Source: Verrucomicrobiales bacterium | GTDB taxonomy: Bacteria; Verrucomicrobiota; Verrucomicrobiia; Verrucomicrobiales; V1-33 | DNA length: 58,708 nucleotides | NCBI GenBank assembly: GCA_031411295.1 | Contig: JANOAV010000001.1 | Location: 1 to 58,708, forward strand | Reading direction: 5' to 3' | Shown: positions 35,973 to 46,634 of the stretch, one piece after another | Position numbering within the stretch: position 1 is the first letter of the stretch | Layout: the number at the start of each line of letters is the position of its first letter | Translations under genes and position numbers: made by a program | Notes under the pieces: model-generated | Told to the model about the DNA's origin: nothing | The model's database searches: none | Seen by the model: only the letters and a program-made list of their open reading frames with translations

Positions 35973-37376
35973 TTAAATGGTGTGGTGGCCACCGTGATAG
36001 GTCTTGCCAGGGACGATGGCTCCGGTGGACTGGGTCGCTTCCAAACTGACTTGGCCTTCGATTTTAACCCCGGGCGCAAAGGTCATCCGGCCGTGCACTT
36101 TGAGGCGCTTGCAGTTCAGCAAGTCCGGCACCCCTTGAGAAATCAAGGTTTCCAGGCCATCGACGAGTTTATAGTGGGCCTTATCGAGTTCCAGAATTGG
36201 CGGTTGACCGTGGCGGGAGGGATCCAGCTCAATGCGGAAATCGTCCGTTAGGATGCAGGCGTTGGAACGGATGATCATGAGATCACTGGTGGTCTTCACG
36301 GGAGCAAAGCGCACCCGTGGCACCTCAATGGCTGCGGCTCCAGCAAAGCACTCGATGGCTGCTCCCATGGCAGTTTCCAGTTGATAAACTTGGGGGCTCT
36401 TGTCATCGCGCGAATCCACCGTTTTCGTATTCCGAATCATCGGGAGCAGGAGCAAGCCGCCACTGGCTTCCAGGGTTGCTTTCAATTTATCCAGACGAAT
36501 CCAGAGATTGTTGGTGTTGAAAAAGGAATGACGCTCAATATCTTCGAAGGCATGTTGATCGCTCGCGGCACATTGGGCAGATTCACGCAGGATGAGTCGG
36601 CTATCCGCCTGCCGCCGGGCCAAGTGGCCGCCTTTGCTATCCACGGGCGTGCGACGGGTCACTTCCATGGCGAAAGGCGCTTCGCTGCGGGCGAACCAAG
36701 CAAGCAACTTGGGATCCAAATCAGCCCCCAGGTTATCGGAGTTGGAAACGAAGGCATAAATAATGCCCTCCGCCAGCAACGCATCCAGCCAACCCGAGCC
36801 CAGCAGGCTGGGGTAGATATCGCCATGCCCCGGAGGACACCATTCTTGAGCCGGTTGCTGGGCCCAGGAAATCGGCTCCAACGTGGCCACATCCAGTTTC
36901 GGCACCCGATTCTGCATCATTTCCAGCTTGGCGGGATCGCCTAGGGCTGGGTGTTGGCTCAGCGCGTTCTGCGTGTCTGCGCTGGTGCTGAAGGAATTCA
37001 TCAGGAGGAAGCGGGGGGCTGAACCACCAGTCTTGGCGCGCAGGTGCAGAATTTGTTTGGCAATCAGATCCAGGAAACTCATGCCCTCCCGCACCGGCAG
37101 CAATGATTTTGCCTTTTCCAATCCCATGCCCGTGCCCAGACCGCCGTTCAATTTGATGACCGCCGTCTTCAGCAGCAGCGCTTGGAAATCGGCATCCGCC
37201 ACTTCTGGCAGTTCACTATAGTTTGGCAACTTATGGACCGAATCGATGGTGCTTTCCGGAATCATGCCTGTTTCGTTGCGCTCCAGGGCGCGGAAACTGT
37301 GCTCGAAGGCCTTGATAGCCGCCGCGCTCAGGCCGCCGGCTTCCATTTTAGTGCGAATAGGGGTGAATTTGTCCAT
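35973..37376 (-). CDS. UTP--glucose-1-phosphate uridylyltransferase (eukaryote-type UDPGP family)
   Basis: KLNGGLGTGMG, WCPPGHGD, FVSNSDNLGA, FNTNNLW, QLETAMGAAI, RFAPVK. Confidence 0.93.
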   Translation of the reverse strand: MDKFTPIRTKMEAGGLSAAAIKAFEHSFRALERNETGMIPESTIDSVHKLPNYSELPEVADADFQALLLKTAVIKLNGGLGTGMGLEKAKSLLPVREGMSFLDLIAKQILHLRAKTGGSAPRFLLMNSFSTSADTQNALSQHPALGDPAKLEMMQNRVPKLDVATLEPISWAQQPAQEWCPPGHGDIYPSLLGSGWLDALLAEGIIYAFVSNSDNLGADLDPKLLAWFARSEAPFAMEVTRRTPVDSKGGHLARRQADSRLILRESAQCAASDQHAFEDIERHSFFNTNNLWIRLDKLKATLEASGGLLLLPMIRNTKTVDSRDDKSPQVYQLETAMGAAIECFAGAAAIEVPRVRFAPVKTTSDLMIIRSNACILTDDFRIELDPSRHGQPPILELDKAHYKLVDGLETLISQGVPDLLNCKRLKVHGRMTFAPGVKIEGQVSLEATQSTGAIVPGKTYHGGHHTI

Positions 37377-37516
37377 GTGCTGCGGATCATAGGAAGAAAT
37401 TCTGGAATGACAAATGACTTATCTCATCGCGTCTCAGGGCTTGCTGTTGCCCCTGCCAAAATTGCCGCCGTCCAATCCCTTGCGCCTGCGGAAAATCCCT
37501 TCTATCTGCGGGGGAC

Positions 37517-39121
37517 ATGCTCAATCTTCGCAACATCACCAAAGCTTTCAACGCACGCACGCTCCTGACCTCGGCCGATCTCACGGTCAACTACAATGAG
37601 CGCGTGGCCCTCGTGGGCCCGAATGGCGCGGGGAAGTCCACGCTCTTCTCCCTGATCCTGAAAACGGACACGCCGGATGCGGGCACGGTGGAGCGCGATG
37701 ATTGGACCACGTTAGGCTACCTGCCACAGGAAGGCGAAGCCGTGGGCGATGAGACTGCGCTGGACATTGCCAGTGGCCGCGGGCACGGCACGGCGGTGAT
37801 TGAAGCCAAGCTCCGCGAGTTCGAGGTGGCGGGGGATGTGACCAATCCCGAATACTACGAACTGCAAACCAAATTCGATACCCTGCACCACCCTGAAGTG
37901 GAAGCCAAAGGCAAGAAGATGCTGCGCGGTCTGGGCTACAAAGAAGAAGACTGGCTGCGCCCCGCCAGGGAACTCAGCGGTGGTTGGGTCATGCGGGCCC
38001 ACTTGGCACATTTGCTGGTGCTGGAGCCGGATTTACTATTGCTGGACGAACCGACGAACCACCTGGATCTGATGTCCCTGCTGTGGTTCCGGAATTATCT
38101 GAAGAACTACCCCGGAGCCATCCTGATGATTTCCCACGATCGGGATTTCATGGACGAAATCGTGCAAACGGTCTATGAGATCGACAACGCCAAACTGATC
38201 CCTTACACTGGCAACTACACGAAATATCAGGAACTCAAAGAAGCCGCCTACGAGCGCGCCCTCATCGCCTACCGCAACCAGCAGAAGGAAATTGAGAATC
38301 TTGAAGAGTTCATCGATCGCTTCCGCAGCGTAGCCTCCAAGGCCTCGCAGGCGCAAAGCCGTCAGAAGGTGCTGGATAAAATTGTGCGTCTGGAAAAACC
38401 CGCCGCTCCGCGCAAAGTCTTCCGTTTCAACTTCACCCAACCCCAGAAGAGTGGCCAGCGGCCAATGATCCTCGAAGGCATCCATCAGGCCTACGGCGCG
38501 CGGAAAATTTACGAAGGACTGGACTTGGAAATCGAACGTGGCGAACGCACGGTGTTGGTGGGACCTAACGGTTCAGGAAAATCCACCCTGATCAAGATTC
38601 TCGCTGGAGAAATCCCCTATCAAGCCGGCGTGCGCAAACTGGGAACCAACTTAAAGTTGGGCTACTTCTCGCAGCATCGGAGCGCCACCTTGGAACCGGA
38701 ATACACCGTGCTGGACGAAGTGATGCGCGCCTGCCCCACCTTGCGCGAGGACGATGCCCGGGCCATTCTGGGGAGTTTCCTCTTCCGCAAAGAGGATGTC
38801 TATAAACGCTGCAAAGTCTTATCCGGTGGGGAAAAGAGCCGCTTGAATCTGGTGAAGTTTCTGGTGGATCCACCGAACCTGCTCCTCATGGACGAACCCA
38901 CCACCCACTTGGACATCCACAGCATCGAAGGCCTCACCCAGTCGCTGCAACGTTACGATGGCACGCTAGTCTTCATTTCCCACGACGTCCATTTCATCCG
39001 CTCCCTGGCCACCAAAGTGCTCCACATCAAGGACGGCAAGGTAACCCCCTACTCTGGCGGCTACGACTACTTCATGGAAAAGAGCGGCCAAGACGACGCC
39101 CGGGCCGCCACCGTAGCGTAG
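37517..39121 (+). CDS. ABC-F family ATPase
   Basis: Two ABC domains (GPNGAGKST, LSGG, LLDEPTNHLD; GPNGSGKST, LSGGE, MDEPTTHLD); no TM segments. Confidence 0.95.
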   Translation: MLNLRNITKAFNARTLLTSADLTVNYNERVALVGPNGAGKSTLFSLILKTDTPDAGTVERDDWTTLGYLPQEGEAVGDETALDIASGRGHGTAVIEAKLREFEVAGDVTNPEYYELQTKFDTLHHPEVEAKGKKMLRGLGYKEEDWLRPARELSGGWVMRAHLAHLLVLEPDLLLLDEPTNHLDLMSLLWFRNYLKNYPGAILMISHDRDFMDEIVQTVYEIDNAKLIPYTGNYTKYQELKEAAYERALIAYRNQQKEIENLEEFIDRFRSVASKASQAQSRQKVLDKIVRLEKPAAPRKVFRFNFTQPQKSGQRPMILEGIHQAYGARKIYEGLDLEIERGERTVLVGPNGSGKSTLIKILAGEIPYQAGVRKLGTNLKLGYFSQHRSATLEPEYTVLDEVMRACPTLREDDARAILGSFLFRKEDVYKRCKVLSGGEKSRLNLVKFLVDPPNLLLMDEPTTHLDIHSIEGLTQSLQRYDGTLVFISHDVHFIRSLATKVLHIKDGKVTPYSGGYDYFMEKSGQDDARAATVA

Positions 39122-39143
39122 CTCGGCATTCGAATACCGAGCT
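39120..39143. terminator. Hairpin between convergent genes
   Basis: AGCTCGG-N10-CCGAGCT; no clear U-tract. Confidence 0.4.
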
Positions 39144-39192
39144 GCACACGCACTTCCACCGCATCCTGCCTGACGCTAACGGTCAGTCAATT

Positions 39193-39822
39193 TCACTTCT
39201 TGGCCTTGAGCAGCATGCCAAGGATGCTGGTAATGCAGCCTGCTTTGCTGGCCAGGCCACCGCCGCCGCTGTTAGAATTTCCACCGCCGAGCACAGATCC
39301 GAGCACACTGCCGAGAATGTTGCCGCCACTGCCCTGTTGACCAAGAATGGCTCCGAGGATGTCCATCCCGCCGCCGCCTTGTGATGGCTGACCTTGAGCT
39401 TGGCCGCCCTTCATTTTGCTCATGACGGAACCTAAAATGATGGGAGCCAGGATCGGCAGGAGCTTGGCGATGGTGTCCCCCGAGACGCCCAGTTGGTTGG
39501 CCATGGCTTGTTGCGCGGCGGGCGCATGATGACCGAAGAGGCCGGAGAGAGTATCGTTGCTCACGGCCGTTTGCTGAGCCGCACGTTCAAAATGGCCGTC
39601 CACGTCGTCCAGGGAGGATTCATCAGCATGCGATTCCAGCACGCCTTGCGCGGAGGCGTGATCCTCTGGATGCTGCATCTGCGCCTGGACGCCACCCAAC
39701 ACGAAGGGTGCCATGCGCGGCAGGATATCCGCGGCCTTCTCCGGATCAATCCCGAAGCGGGAGGATACTTGAGCTGCTACTTGCGGACCGTATTTTGCTT
39801 GGAGTTCTTCGAGGAAATTCAT
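39193..39822 (-). CDS. DUF937 family protein
   Basis: LFG..A..QLGVS..I.KLLPILAPIILG, Gly-rich C-terminus. Confidence 0.8.
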   Translation of the reverse strand: MNFLEELQAKYGPQVAAQVSSRFGIDPEKAADILPRMAPFVLGGVQAQMQHPEDHASAQGVLESHADESSLDDVDGHFERAAQQTAVSNDTLSGLFGHHAPAAQQAMANQLGVSGDTIAKLLPILAPIILGSVMSKMKGGQAQGQPSQGGGGMDILGAILGQQGSGGNILGSVLGSVLGGGNSNSGGGGLASKAGCITSILGMLLKAKK

Positions 39823-39927
39823 GGGTTTGTGGGGGTGGTGGTTAATTTGCGGACAAGCATTAGCCGTTTTCTCGGTCTTTGGCTAGTCCTCATTTACTGA
39901 GGATCCAATCATTGGAAGGAGTGGGTT

Positions 39928-42900
39928 ATGAAAATAATGAAAAAAGGAGAAATAGCGGTTGAATCCTTGACAATCGAATATTTGTGTTCAATAGTTATAA
40001 TAATGACAATTATGAAAATCAAATTTGAGAATCTCCGTTTCTTTTGGTCCTCGTTTTTCCTCGTCTGCTGGATATCTCTTGGACTGAAGCCAGTTGCGCA
40101 AGGTCAGTCCTACGGCTTGGATTCGTTGGCTCCCGTTGGAAAATTTTTGGATAATAAATTGCCCGCCACCACGCCTGGCGGAGCGGGAGCCGCCCAGCCG
40201 CCGGCATTGTTGTCTCAAGTGGGTGCTTTCAGCAATCTGGCCGCCCTAACACCTCGCGGTGGCCTGATTCCCTACACGGTGAACTCCCCCCTATGGACGG
40301 ATGGAGCCTTCAAGCAGCGCTGGTTGGCGGTGCCAAATGATGGCACCGCCGATACAGCGGCGGAGAAAATTACGTTTACCGAAACGGGCGCTTGGCAATT
40401 TCCCAAGGGGTCCGTGCTGGTTAAGCAATTCGATTTGCCGATCGATGATCGAAACTCAGCGGTGCAACGACGAATGGAAACGCGTTTCCTGGTCCATGGT
40501 GACGATGGGGTTTACTATGGGATTACCTATCGTTGGCGGGCCGATGGGTTGGAGGCAGATTTACTGCCGGATGGGGATAATCTCGCTGTGGCAATTACCA
40601 CTGCATCTGGAGGCACTCGGTCGCAGACGTGGACGTTTCCCAGTCGGGCTGATTGCCGGACGTGCCACAATGCGGGGGCCGGAACGGTGTTAGGACCGCG
40701 CACCCATCAGATGAACGGAAGCTTGTTCTACCCCGCAACGGGTCGGACGGACAATCAACTGAGGGCCCTGAATCACCTCAATTTGTTCAGTCCAAGCATT
40801 CAGGAGAGCGCCATTGCCAATTATCCTAAAACCGTAACGGTAACGGACTCCAGCGCGACACTTGAGCATCGGGTGCGGTCCTATCTGGAAGCCAACTGTG
40901 CGCATTGCCACTATCCGGGAAATCCGGCCAATCCTGCCGGCTTCGATGCTCGCTTCAGCACTCCCATCGTTTCCTCAAATATCATCGGTGGAATACCCCT
41001 GTATGACCTGGGGCTGCCGAACGCCCGTATCGTGGTGCCGCAGAATACGGCTAGTAGTGTGATGTATTATCGGATGAGTGCGAACGGCCTCCATCAAATG
41101 CCGCCGATCGGTCGGAATACCGTGGATTCGGCTGCAGTGAGCACCCTGTCGGCCTGGATCAACGCGTTGCCGGTGCTGCCGCCTGCCACCACGAATCAGA
41201 GTCCGGTGGCCGTAAATGACGAGGTCAGCACCCTGCTGAATACAGCGGTTAACATCACGGTGCTGGCCAATGATAGCGATGCGGATGGCGATGTCCTGAC
41301 CATAGGCACGTCCACCACACCTACGAATGGAACGGTGACAGGTTTGCCCGGAAACATCCTGCGCTTTACGCCAGACAATGGGTTTACCGGCACGGCCACT
41401 TTCCAATACACCATATTGGACAACCGTGGCGGATCTGCCGCTGCGACAGTAAGCGTGCGGGTGCTGCCTCCTGCCACCTCCAACTCCGTGGCGTTCTTCG
41501 ATGGTTCCAGTCGCCTCAGTGCTCCCAACTCCTATAGCGGAGTAGCCATGGCGGTAGCGGATATGAATCAGGACGGTTTGGATGATGTGGTTCATTTGCG
41601 CAGCGCCACTCGGTTGCGAATCGACTACCAATCCCCCGGCGGGGGGGCGTTTACCTTCCGTGATGTGGGCTCTGCGACCTCGGGAAATCAATGGTGCCTG
41701 AGCTTGGGAGATGCCGACAACAATGGTTATCCTGACATCCTCGTGGCAGGATTATATGATGGCGTGAAATATTATCGCGCCAACAGCAGCGCCAGCGCCT
41801 ATAGTTTGACGACCCTGGCTGCGCCCTCGATTTTCGCCCAATCGCTTGGTTTTGTGGACATCAATCGCGATGGTTGGCTGGATATTTTTGCCTGCCATGA
41901 TGAAGGGGAATGCGCCAGATTTCGTAATACTGGTGATGGCAGCATGGTAGTTGACCCCACCTTGATTAATCCCATCACCGGGACACCGAGCGATAACTCA
42001 GGGAACTATGGCATCGTCTGGACAGACTATGACAACGATGGTGATATCGACCTTTATTTGACAAAATGTCGTCTCGGGGTGTCCAGCAGCACGGATCCCC
42101 GGCGCATTAATCAGTTATTTCGCAACAATGGCAACGGCACGTTTACCGATGTGGCGGCGGCAGCGGGACTTGCCTTTGGGGAGCAGTCGTGGACCGCTGA
42201 CTTTGCCGACATCGATAATGATGGTGACCTCGATTGTTACGTGGGGAATCACGGAGCGGTAAGCTACCTGATGCGCAATAATGGGAACGGAACATTTACG
42301 AATATCACCAATGCCGCAGGTCTGGGCTCAGTGAGTTGGATGGTCATCCAATCCATCTTTCGGGATTTCAACAACGATGGATTCATGGATTTGCTGTTAA
42401 CAGGGCAGCAACAACAGGTGTGGATCAATCAGCGCAACAGCACGTTCAGTCTGATGCCCAATCGCTTCATCAGCACGGTGATGGAATCCTGTGCCGTGGG
42501 TGATCTGAACAAAGACGGCATCACTGATATCTATGCCGGCTATGCAACCATCTATAATACACCATCGGTTTCACGGCCGGACAAACTTTTTCTGGCGCAA
42601 AACAACGGAAATAATTTCCTGTCCGTCACCCTCCGAGGCGTGGCTTCGAATACGACCGCTTCCGGGGCTCGTTTGGAGCTATACGGACCGTGGGGCGTGC
42701 AATTGCGCGAGGTGCGTTCTGGTGATGGTTACGCTATTTCCAACAGTTTCACGCAACTATTCGGCATGGGAAACACAGGGGCCGCTACCAAGCTGAAGGT
42801 GCGTTGGCCATCGGGTTATGTCGAGGAGGCGCTGAATGTCCTGCCGAATCAATTCCTAACCCTGCGCGAGGGCAGCATGGCCGCACCGAGTTTGACCAGT

Positions 42901-45726
42901 CCGGGAAATCTAGTGCATTTCCGCAACGAGACGGTAGATTTCACGCTGGCATCCTCGGACCCAACTGGAGACGCCCTGCGCTTTACCGCCACCGGTCTTC
43001 CCCCCGGATTAACCATCGGTAGCACCACCGGACGCATTACAGGAACCATCGCCAACACCAGTCTTAACAGTTATACAACGGCTTTCAGCGTGACTGACGG
43101 TTGGAGCACCGTGACCCGTAGCATCACTTGGAACATCAATGGAGCGAGCGCTCCGAGCGTTACCCTGACAACAAATTCGGGGACCGTGGCTGCCGCCTTT
43201 GATATCTCGGTGAATTTTACGGCCGCCGTCTCGGGACTAACGCTTTCTGATTTTACGGTCAGCAACGGCAGCGCGAGCCAACTGACAGGATCCGCAGCCA
43301 CTTACACCGTTCGCATCAATCCGACGGCTGCTGGGCCGATTACCGTTGCGTTGCCAGCGAATGCGGCCACAGCGGTGGGCGGTGGCTTGGGGAATGTCGC
43401 TTCTTCGGTCCTCCCGGTAACTTTCATGCCCGGAGATACTACGAGGCCATCCGTGACCTTAAGCACCGTTAATAGCGTCGTTTCCGGGGCGTTCACGGTG
43501 ACCGCCACGTTCAACGAAGCAGTTTCCGGCTTGAGTTCTGGCGAACTCAGCGTTACTAATGGAACCGCATCGGCCCCCGCTGGAACTGGCACTGCTTATA
43601 GTTGGAGTGTGACCCCAAGTGCATATGGTAATATTACCGTGGCACTTCCCGCCAATAGCGTGAGCGACGCGGCGGGGAATCCCAATACGGTTTCGAACAC
43701 GTTGACTGTTTCCTGGCCACAGCCGAATCGGGCCCCGGTGGTGACAAATCCCGGAAGCCAATCCAGCGTTCGCGGCACAGCGGTGACCTTGGTGATGCAA
43801 GGTTTCGACCCGGATGGACAATCCCTAACCTGGGGTATCAGTGGACAACCCTTGGGCTTAAGCATCAATTCCAGCACGGGGCTTGTCTCCGGCAATCTCA
43901 GTGCATCTGCGGCGGCTACTTACAATGTGACGGTCTCGGCCAGCGACGGTTCCCTCGCCACATCGGTCTCCTTCACCTGGAGCACGACCGCTCCCGCGGC
44001 TGCCAGCAATGGGTTGCGGGGGGAATATTACAGTGGCCCGGAACCAGGGGTTGGGGTGCCGCTGTTAGTGCGCACGGATGCCAATATTGATTTCGAGTGG
44101 GGCAACGGATCCCCTGCTCCGGCAGTGCCGAATGATAATTTTTCGGTTCGTTGGACTGGAACACTAACGGCTATGTATTCAGAACTGCACACCTTCTGGG
44201 TGCCATCCGACAACGGCGTGCGGATTTGGCTCAACAATGTGCAAGTGCTTAACAAATGGACCCCCGCGGATGTTACGGGCTGGCACACCTTCGACTTTAC
44301 ACTCACGGCCAATCAAGCTGTGTCGATCAAGGTTGAGTATGCCGAACTCTACGGTGGAGCCGGGATCACCATGTATTGGTATAGTGCCAGCCAAGCTTGG
44401 GAAGCTATCAACACGAGTCGCTTCCGCACCTCCAATGCAGTCAATCAGGCCCCGATGGTGACCACTCCCGGCACCCAGACCACAGTCCGCGGCCGCCCTG
44501 CAACGCTGACCATCCAGGCCAGCGACCCCGAGTTCAACCCGCTTACTTGGAGTGCCACCGGATTGCCCAGCGGGCTCACCATTAACTCCGCGAGCGGCGT
44601 TATTTCCGGAACCGTCAGCCCCTCAGCCGCTGCGACTAACTCTGTAAGTGTTAGTGTTTCTGATGGTTCGCTTATCGCTTCTGCAAATTTCGTCTGGAAT
44701 ACCACCGCTCCGCCCACCAATGCCGCTCCCGTGGTTTACGATCCTGGAACCCAGACTTCCATCCGTGGTTCCATTGTCACCCTGCAGCCCATGGCTACCG
44801 ATTCCGATGGGGACGGGCTCACGTGGTCGGCCGCACAATTGCCTGCAGGGCTCAGCATGAACGCCGCCACCGGATTCATTAGTGGGACGATCCTAACTAC
44901 CGCTGCCACCAGTTATGGAACCACCCTAACCGTGCGCGATCCTGGCGGCCTTACGGGCAGCGTATCCTTTACTTGGAACACAATCGCTCCCGCGCTGCAC
45001 GGACTGCGGGCGGAATATTTCCATGGCCCAGTGCCAGGGGTGGCGGCTCCATTACTGGTGCGCACCGATGCCACGATTAACTTCGATTGGGGTGGGGGAT
45101 CGCCTGCTCCGGGTGTTCCTGCGGACCAGTTCTCCGCTCGCTGGACCGGACTGCTAACCGCTCCGTTCACGGAAACTTACTCAATTTATGTCCCATCTGA
45201 CAATGGGGTGCGAGTGTGGCTCAACAACCAATTGGTATTGGATAAATGGTCTCCTGTGGACATCACCGGTTGGCATAATTTCACGATTCCGCTGGCGGCA
45301 AACCAAGCGATTCCCATCCGCGTCGAATATGCGGAGACCTACGGTGGGGCCGCTATTTCAATCTTCTGGTTCAGTGATAGCCAGCAGTGGGAAATCATCA
45401 ACTCCAACCGATTGACTCCGACCACAGTGCTGCCGCCCAACTCTGCGGAGACCGCCACCAGTCTGATTTCCCGCACGCAGCGATTGGAGCCATCACCAAA
45501 TCTTGGGGCGCAGTTCACTTTCCGCCGGCCTTCATCCTCGGCCAACCTGCTAGCGCTGCTGATTGAGGAGAGTGAGGATCTCACCACGTGGAATATCACC
45601 GATTATCCGGCACAAATCGTGCAACTTAACGATGGCACCGAAGAGGTGACCGTGCCCGTGTCGACCCCGGAAGCGGGCTCGTCCCTCGGTAATCGCTTCT
45701 ACCGTGTTCGCTTCTTGGTTCCGTAA
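39928..45726 (+). CDS. Large secreted multidomain protein: diheme cytochrome c, Ig-like, FG-GAP/VCBS + ASPIC/UnbV, putative Ig repeats, 2x PA14
   Basis: VNSPLWTDGA, CRTCH, CAHCH; DMNQDG/DYDNDGD repeats; LKVRWPSG; ATGLPPGLTI repeats; GLRGEYY..FSVRWTG..SDNGVR twice; start may be 40012. Confidence 0.85.
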   Translation: MKIMKKGEIAVESLTIEYLCSIVIIMTIMKIKFENLRFFWSSFFLVCWISLGLKPVAQGQSYGLDSLAPVGKFLDNKLPATTPGGAGAAQPPALLSQVGAFSNLAALTPRGGLIPYTVNSPLWTDGAFKQRWLAVPNDGTADTAAEKITFTETGAWQFPKGSVLVKQFDLPIDDRNSAVQRRMETRFLVHGDDGVYYGITYRWRADGLEADLLPDGDNLAVAITTASGGTRSQTWTFPSRADCRTCHNAGAGTVLGPRTHQMNGSLFYPATGRTDNQLRALNHLNLFSPSIQESAIANYPKTVTVTDSSATLEHRVRSYLEANCAHCHYPGNPANPAGFDARFSTPIVSSNIIGGIPLYDLGLPNARIVVPQNTASSVMYYRMSANGLHQMPPIGRNTVDSAAVSTLSAWINALPVLPPATTNQSPVAVNDEVSTLLNTAVNITVLANDSDADGDVLTIGTSTTPTNGTVTGLPGNILRFTPDNGFTGTATFQYTILDNRGGSAAATVSVRVLPPATSNSVAFFDGSSRLSAPNSYSGVAMAVADMNQDGLDDVVHLRSATRLRIDYQSPGGGAFTFRDVGSATSGNQWCLSLGDADNNGYPDILVAGLYDGVKYYRANSSASAYSLTTLAAPSIFAQSLGFVDINRDGWLDIFACHDEGECARFRNTGDGSMVVDPTLINPITGTPSDNSGNYGIVWTDYDNDGDIDLYLTKCRLGVSSSTDPRRINQLFRNNGNGTFTDVAAAAGLAFGEQSWTADFADIDNDGDLDCYVGNHGAVSYLMRNNGNGTFTNITNAAGLGSVSWMVIQSIFRDFNNDGFMDLLLTGQQQQVWINQRNSTFSLMPNRFISTVMESCAVGDLNKDGITDIYAGYATIYNTPSVSRPDKLFLAQNNGNNFLSVTLRGVASNTTASGARLELYGPWGVQLREVRSGDGYAISNSFTQLFGMGNTGAATKLKVRWPSGYVEEALNVLPNQFLTLREGSMAAPSLTSPGNLVHFRNETVDFTLASSDPTGDALRFTATGLPPGLTIGSTTGRITGTIANTSLNSYTTAFSVTDGWSTVTRSITWNINGASAPSVTLTTNSGTVAAAFDISVNFTAAVSGLTLSDFTVSNGSASQLTGSAATYTVRINPTAAGPITVALPANAATAVGGGLGNVASSVLPVTFMPGDTTRPSVTLSTVNSVVSGAFTVTATFNEAVSGLSSGELSVTNGTASAPAGTGTAYSWSVTPSAYGNITVALPANSVSDAAGNPNTVSNTLTVSWPQPNRAPVVTNPGSQSSVRGTAVTLVMQGFDPDGQSLTWGISGQPLGLSINSSTGLVSGNLSASAAATYNVTVSASDGSLATSVSFTWSTTAPAAASNGLRGEYYSGPEPGVGVPLLVRTDANIDFEWGNGSPAPAVPNDNFSVRWTGTLTAMYSELHTFWVPSDNGVRIWLNNVQVLNKWTPADVTGWHTFDFTLTANQAVSIKVEYAELYGGAGITMYWYSASQAWEAINTSRFRTSNAVNQAPMVTTPGTQTTVRGRPATLTIQASDPEFNPLTWSATGLPSGLTINSASGVISGTVSPSAAATNSVSVSVSDGSLIASANFVWNTTAPPTNAAPVVYDPGTQTSIRGSIVTLQPMATDSDGDGLTWSAAQLPAGLSMNAATGFISGTILTTAATSYGTTLTVRDPGGLTGSVSFTWNTIAPALHGLRAEYFHGPVPGVAAPLLVRTDATINFDWGGGSPAPGVPADQFSARWTGLLTAPFTETYSIYVPSDNGVRVWLNNQLVLDKWSPVDITGWHNFTIPLAANQAIPIRVEYAETYGGAAISIFWFSDSQQWEIINSNRLTPTTVLPPNSAETATSLISRTQRLEPSPNLGAQFTFRRPSSSANLLALLIEESEDLTTWNITDYPAQIVQLNDGTEEVTVPVSTPEAGSSLGNRFYRVRFLVP

Positions 45727-46634
45727 GTGAGCCAGCCTAGCAGGCCGAACTCCTCGAACCAAGCGCGCACCTTGACGGACCAGTCCACGGTGGGATCGGC
45801 CTCGGAGAGAGCGTGCTCCAGCGCTTCACTCAGAGGCAGGCCTTGCTGGATACCGGCTAGCATTCGGAAGGCTTCCCGCTCCAGCCGCTTCAGGTAAATT
45901 TGATTTTCGTGACGGTGCACGGCCAGCCAGATTTGTTCTGGCTTGGGTGCCCTCACTCGCTTGGGCTTGGCGCGCTCAGCGGAGTCCATGCGCGCATTGC
46001 TGGTTTCGCTTCTCATGCCGGACTCCTGTTTCCGAACGGCTAGGAAAAATTTATCCACCGCGTAGTCCAGTGCCAGCAACGTCAGATACGGCTGGAGATC
46101 CAGCTTAAGCGATCCCGGATCGGCTCCCAGCAAGGCGTCAACTTCCATCGGCGGCTTGCCCGCCTCATCGAAAGCCACCGTTTGCGCCCACTCGAATTTG
46201 GCAACCGCCATGCCCATCGCTTGCTTGGGGCCAGTCCAGGACGGGTCCTCGCTGATAAATTGTTCCAGCCGACGGCCGAGATTTCGCAACGTCCAGGATT
46301 CGCTTTGAAATTTGATTAAATAAGCCTCGCAGAGCGCCATGAATTTCCGCTCGCCCAACAAGGCCCGCAGGCCGGGATAGTCGTCGTAGAGGCAATCCCA
46401 TAAGCGAAACCAATACTGCCGAGCGTAGATTTCCAATCGTTCAACGGCGGTTAGGCGGTCATTTGGGCGGATGAATTGCTCGGCAAATTTCGTCATTTCC
46501 ATGCCGTTGCTGGCCGTAGCGTCCAGTCGGTCAGCCGCATTCAGCGGTTGGAACAGAGCACTGCTCATGAGCCGCTGCAGGGCCTTCAAATCCGCGGTGG
46601 TATTGAGTTCAGGCGGGAGCGTGGACATAGTCAT
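45699..46634 (-). CDS. DUF2063 (HvfC/BufC-like) partner of the DUF692 enzyme
   Basis: ERLEIYARQY..RL..CL.DDYP.L..LLG..F pattern; directly downstream of DUF692. Confidence 0.85.
   Translation of the reverse strand: MTMSTLPPELNTTADLKALQRLMSSALFQPLNAADRLDATASNGMEMTKFAEQFIRPNDRLTAVERLEIYARQYWFRLWDCLYDDYPGLRALLGERKFMALCEAYLIKFQSESWTLRNLGRRLEQFISEDPSWTGPKQAMGMAVAKFEWAQTVAFDEAGKPPMEVDALLGADPGSLKLDLQPYLTLLALDYAVDKFFLAVRKQESGMRSETSNARMDSAERAKPKRVRAPKPEQIWLAVHRHENQIYLKRLEREAFRMLAGIQQGLPLSEALEHALSEADPTVDWSVKVRAWFEEFGLLGWLTYGTKKRTR

Noticed and set aside
35973..37376. Eukaryote-type UGPase as evidence of eukaryotic gene transfer
   Set aside because: This family is known in several bacterial phyla, and the gene sits in an ordinary operon
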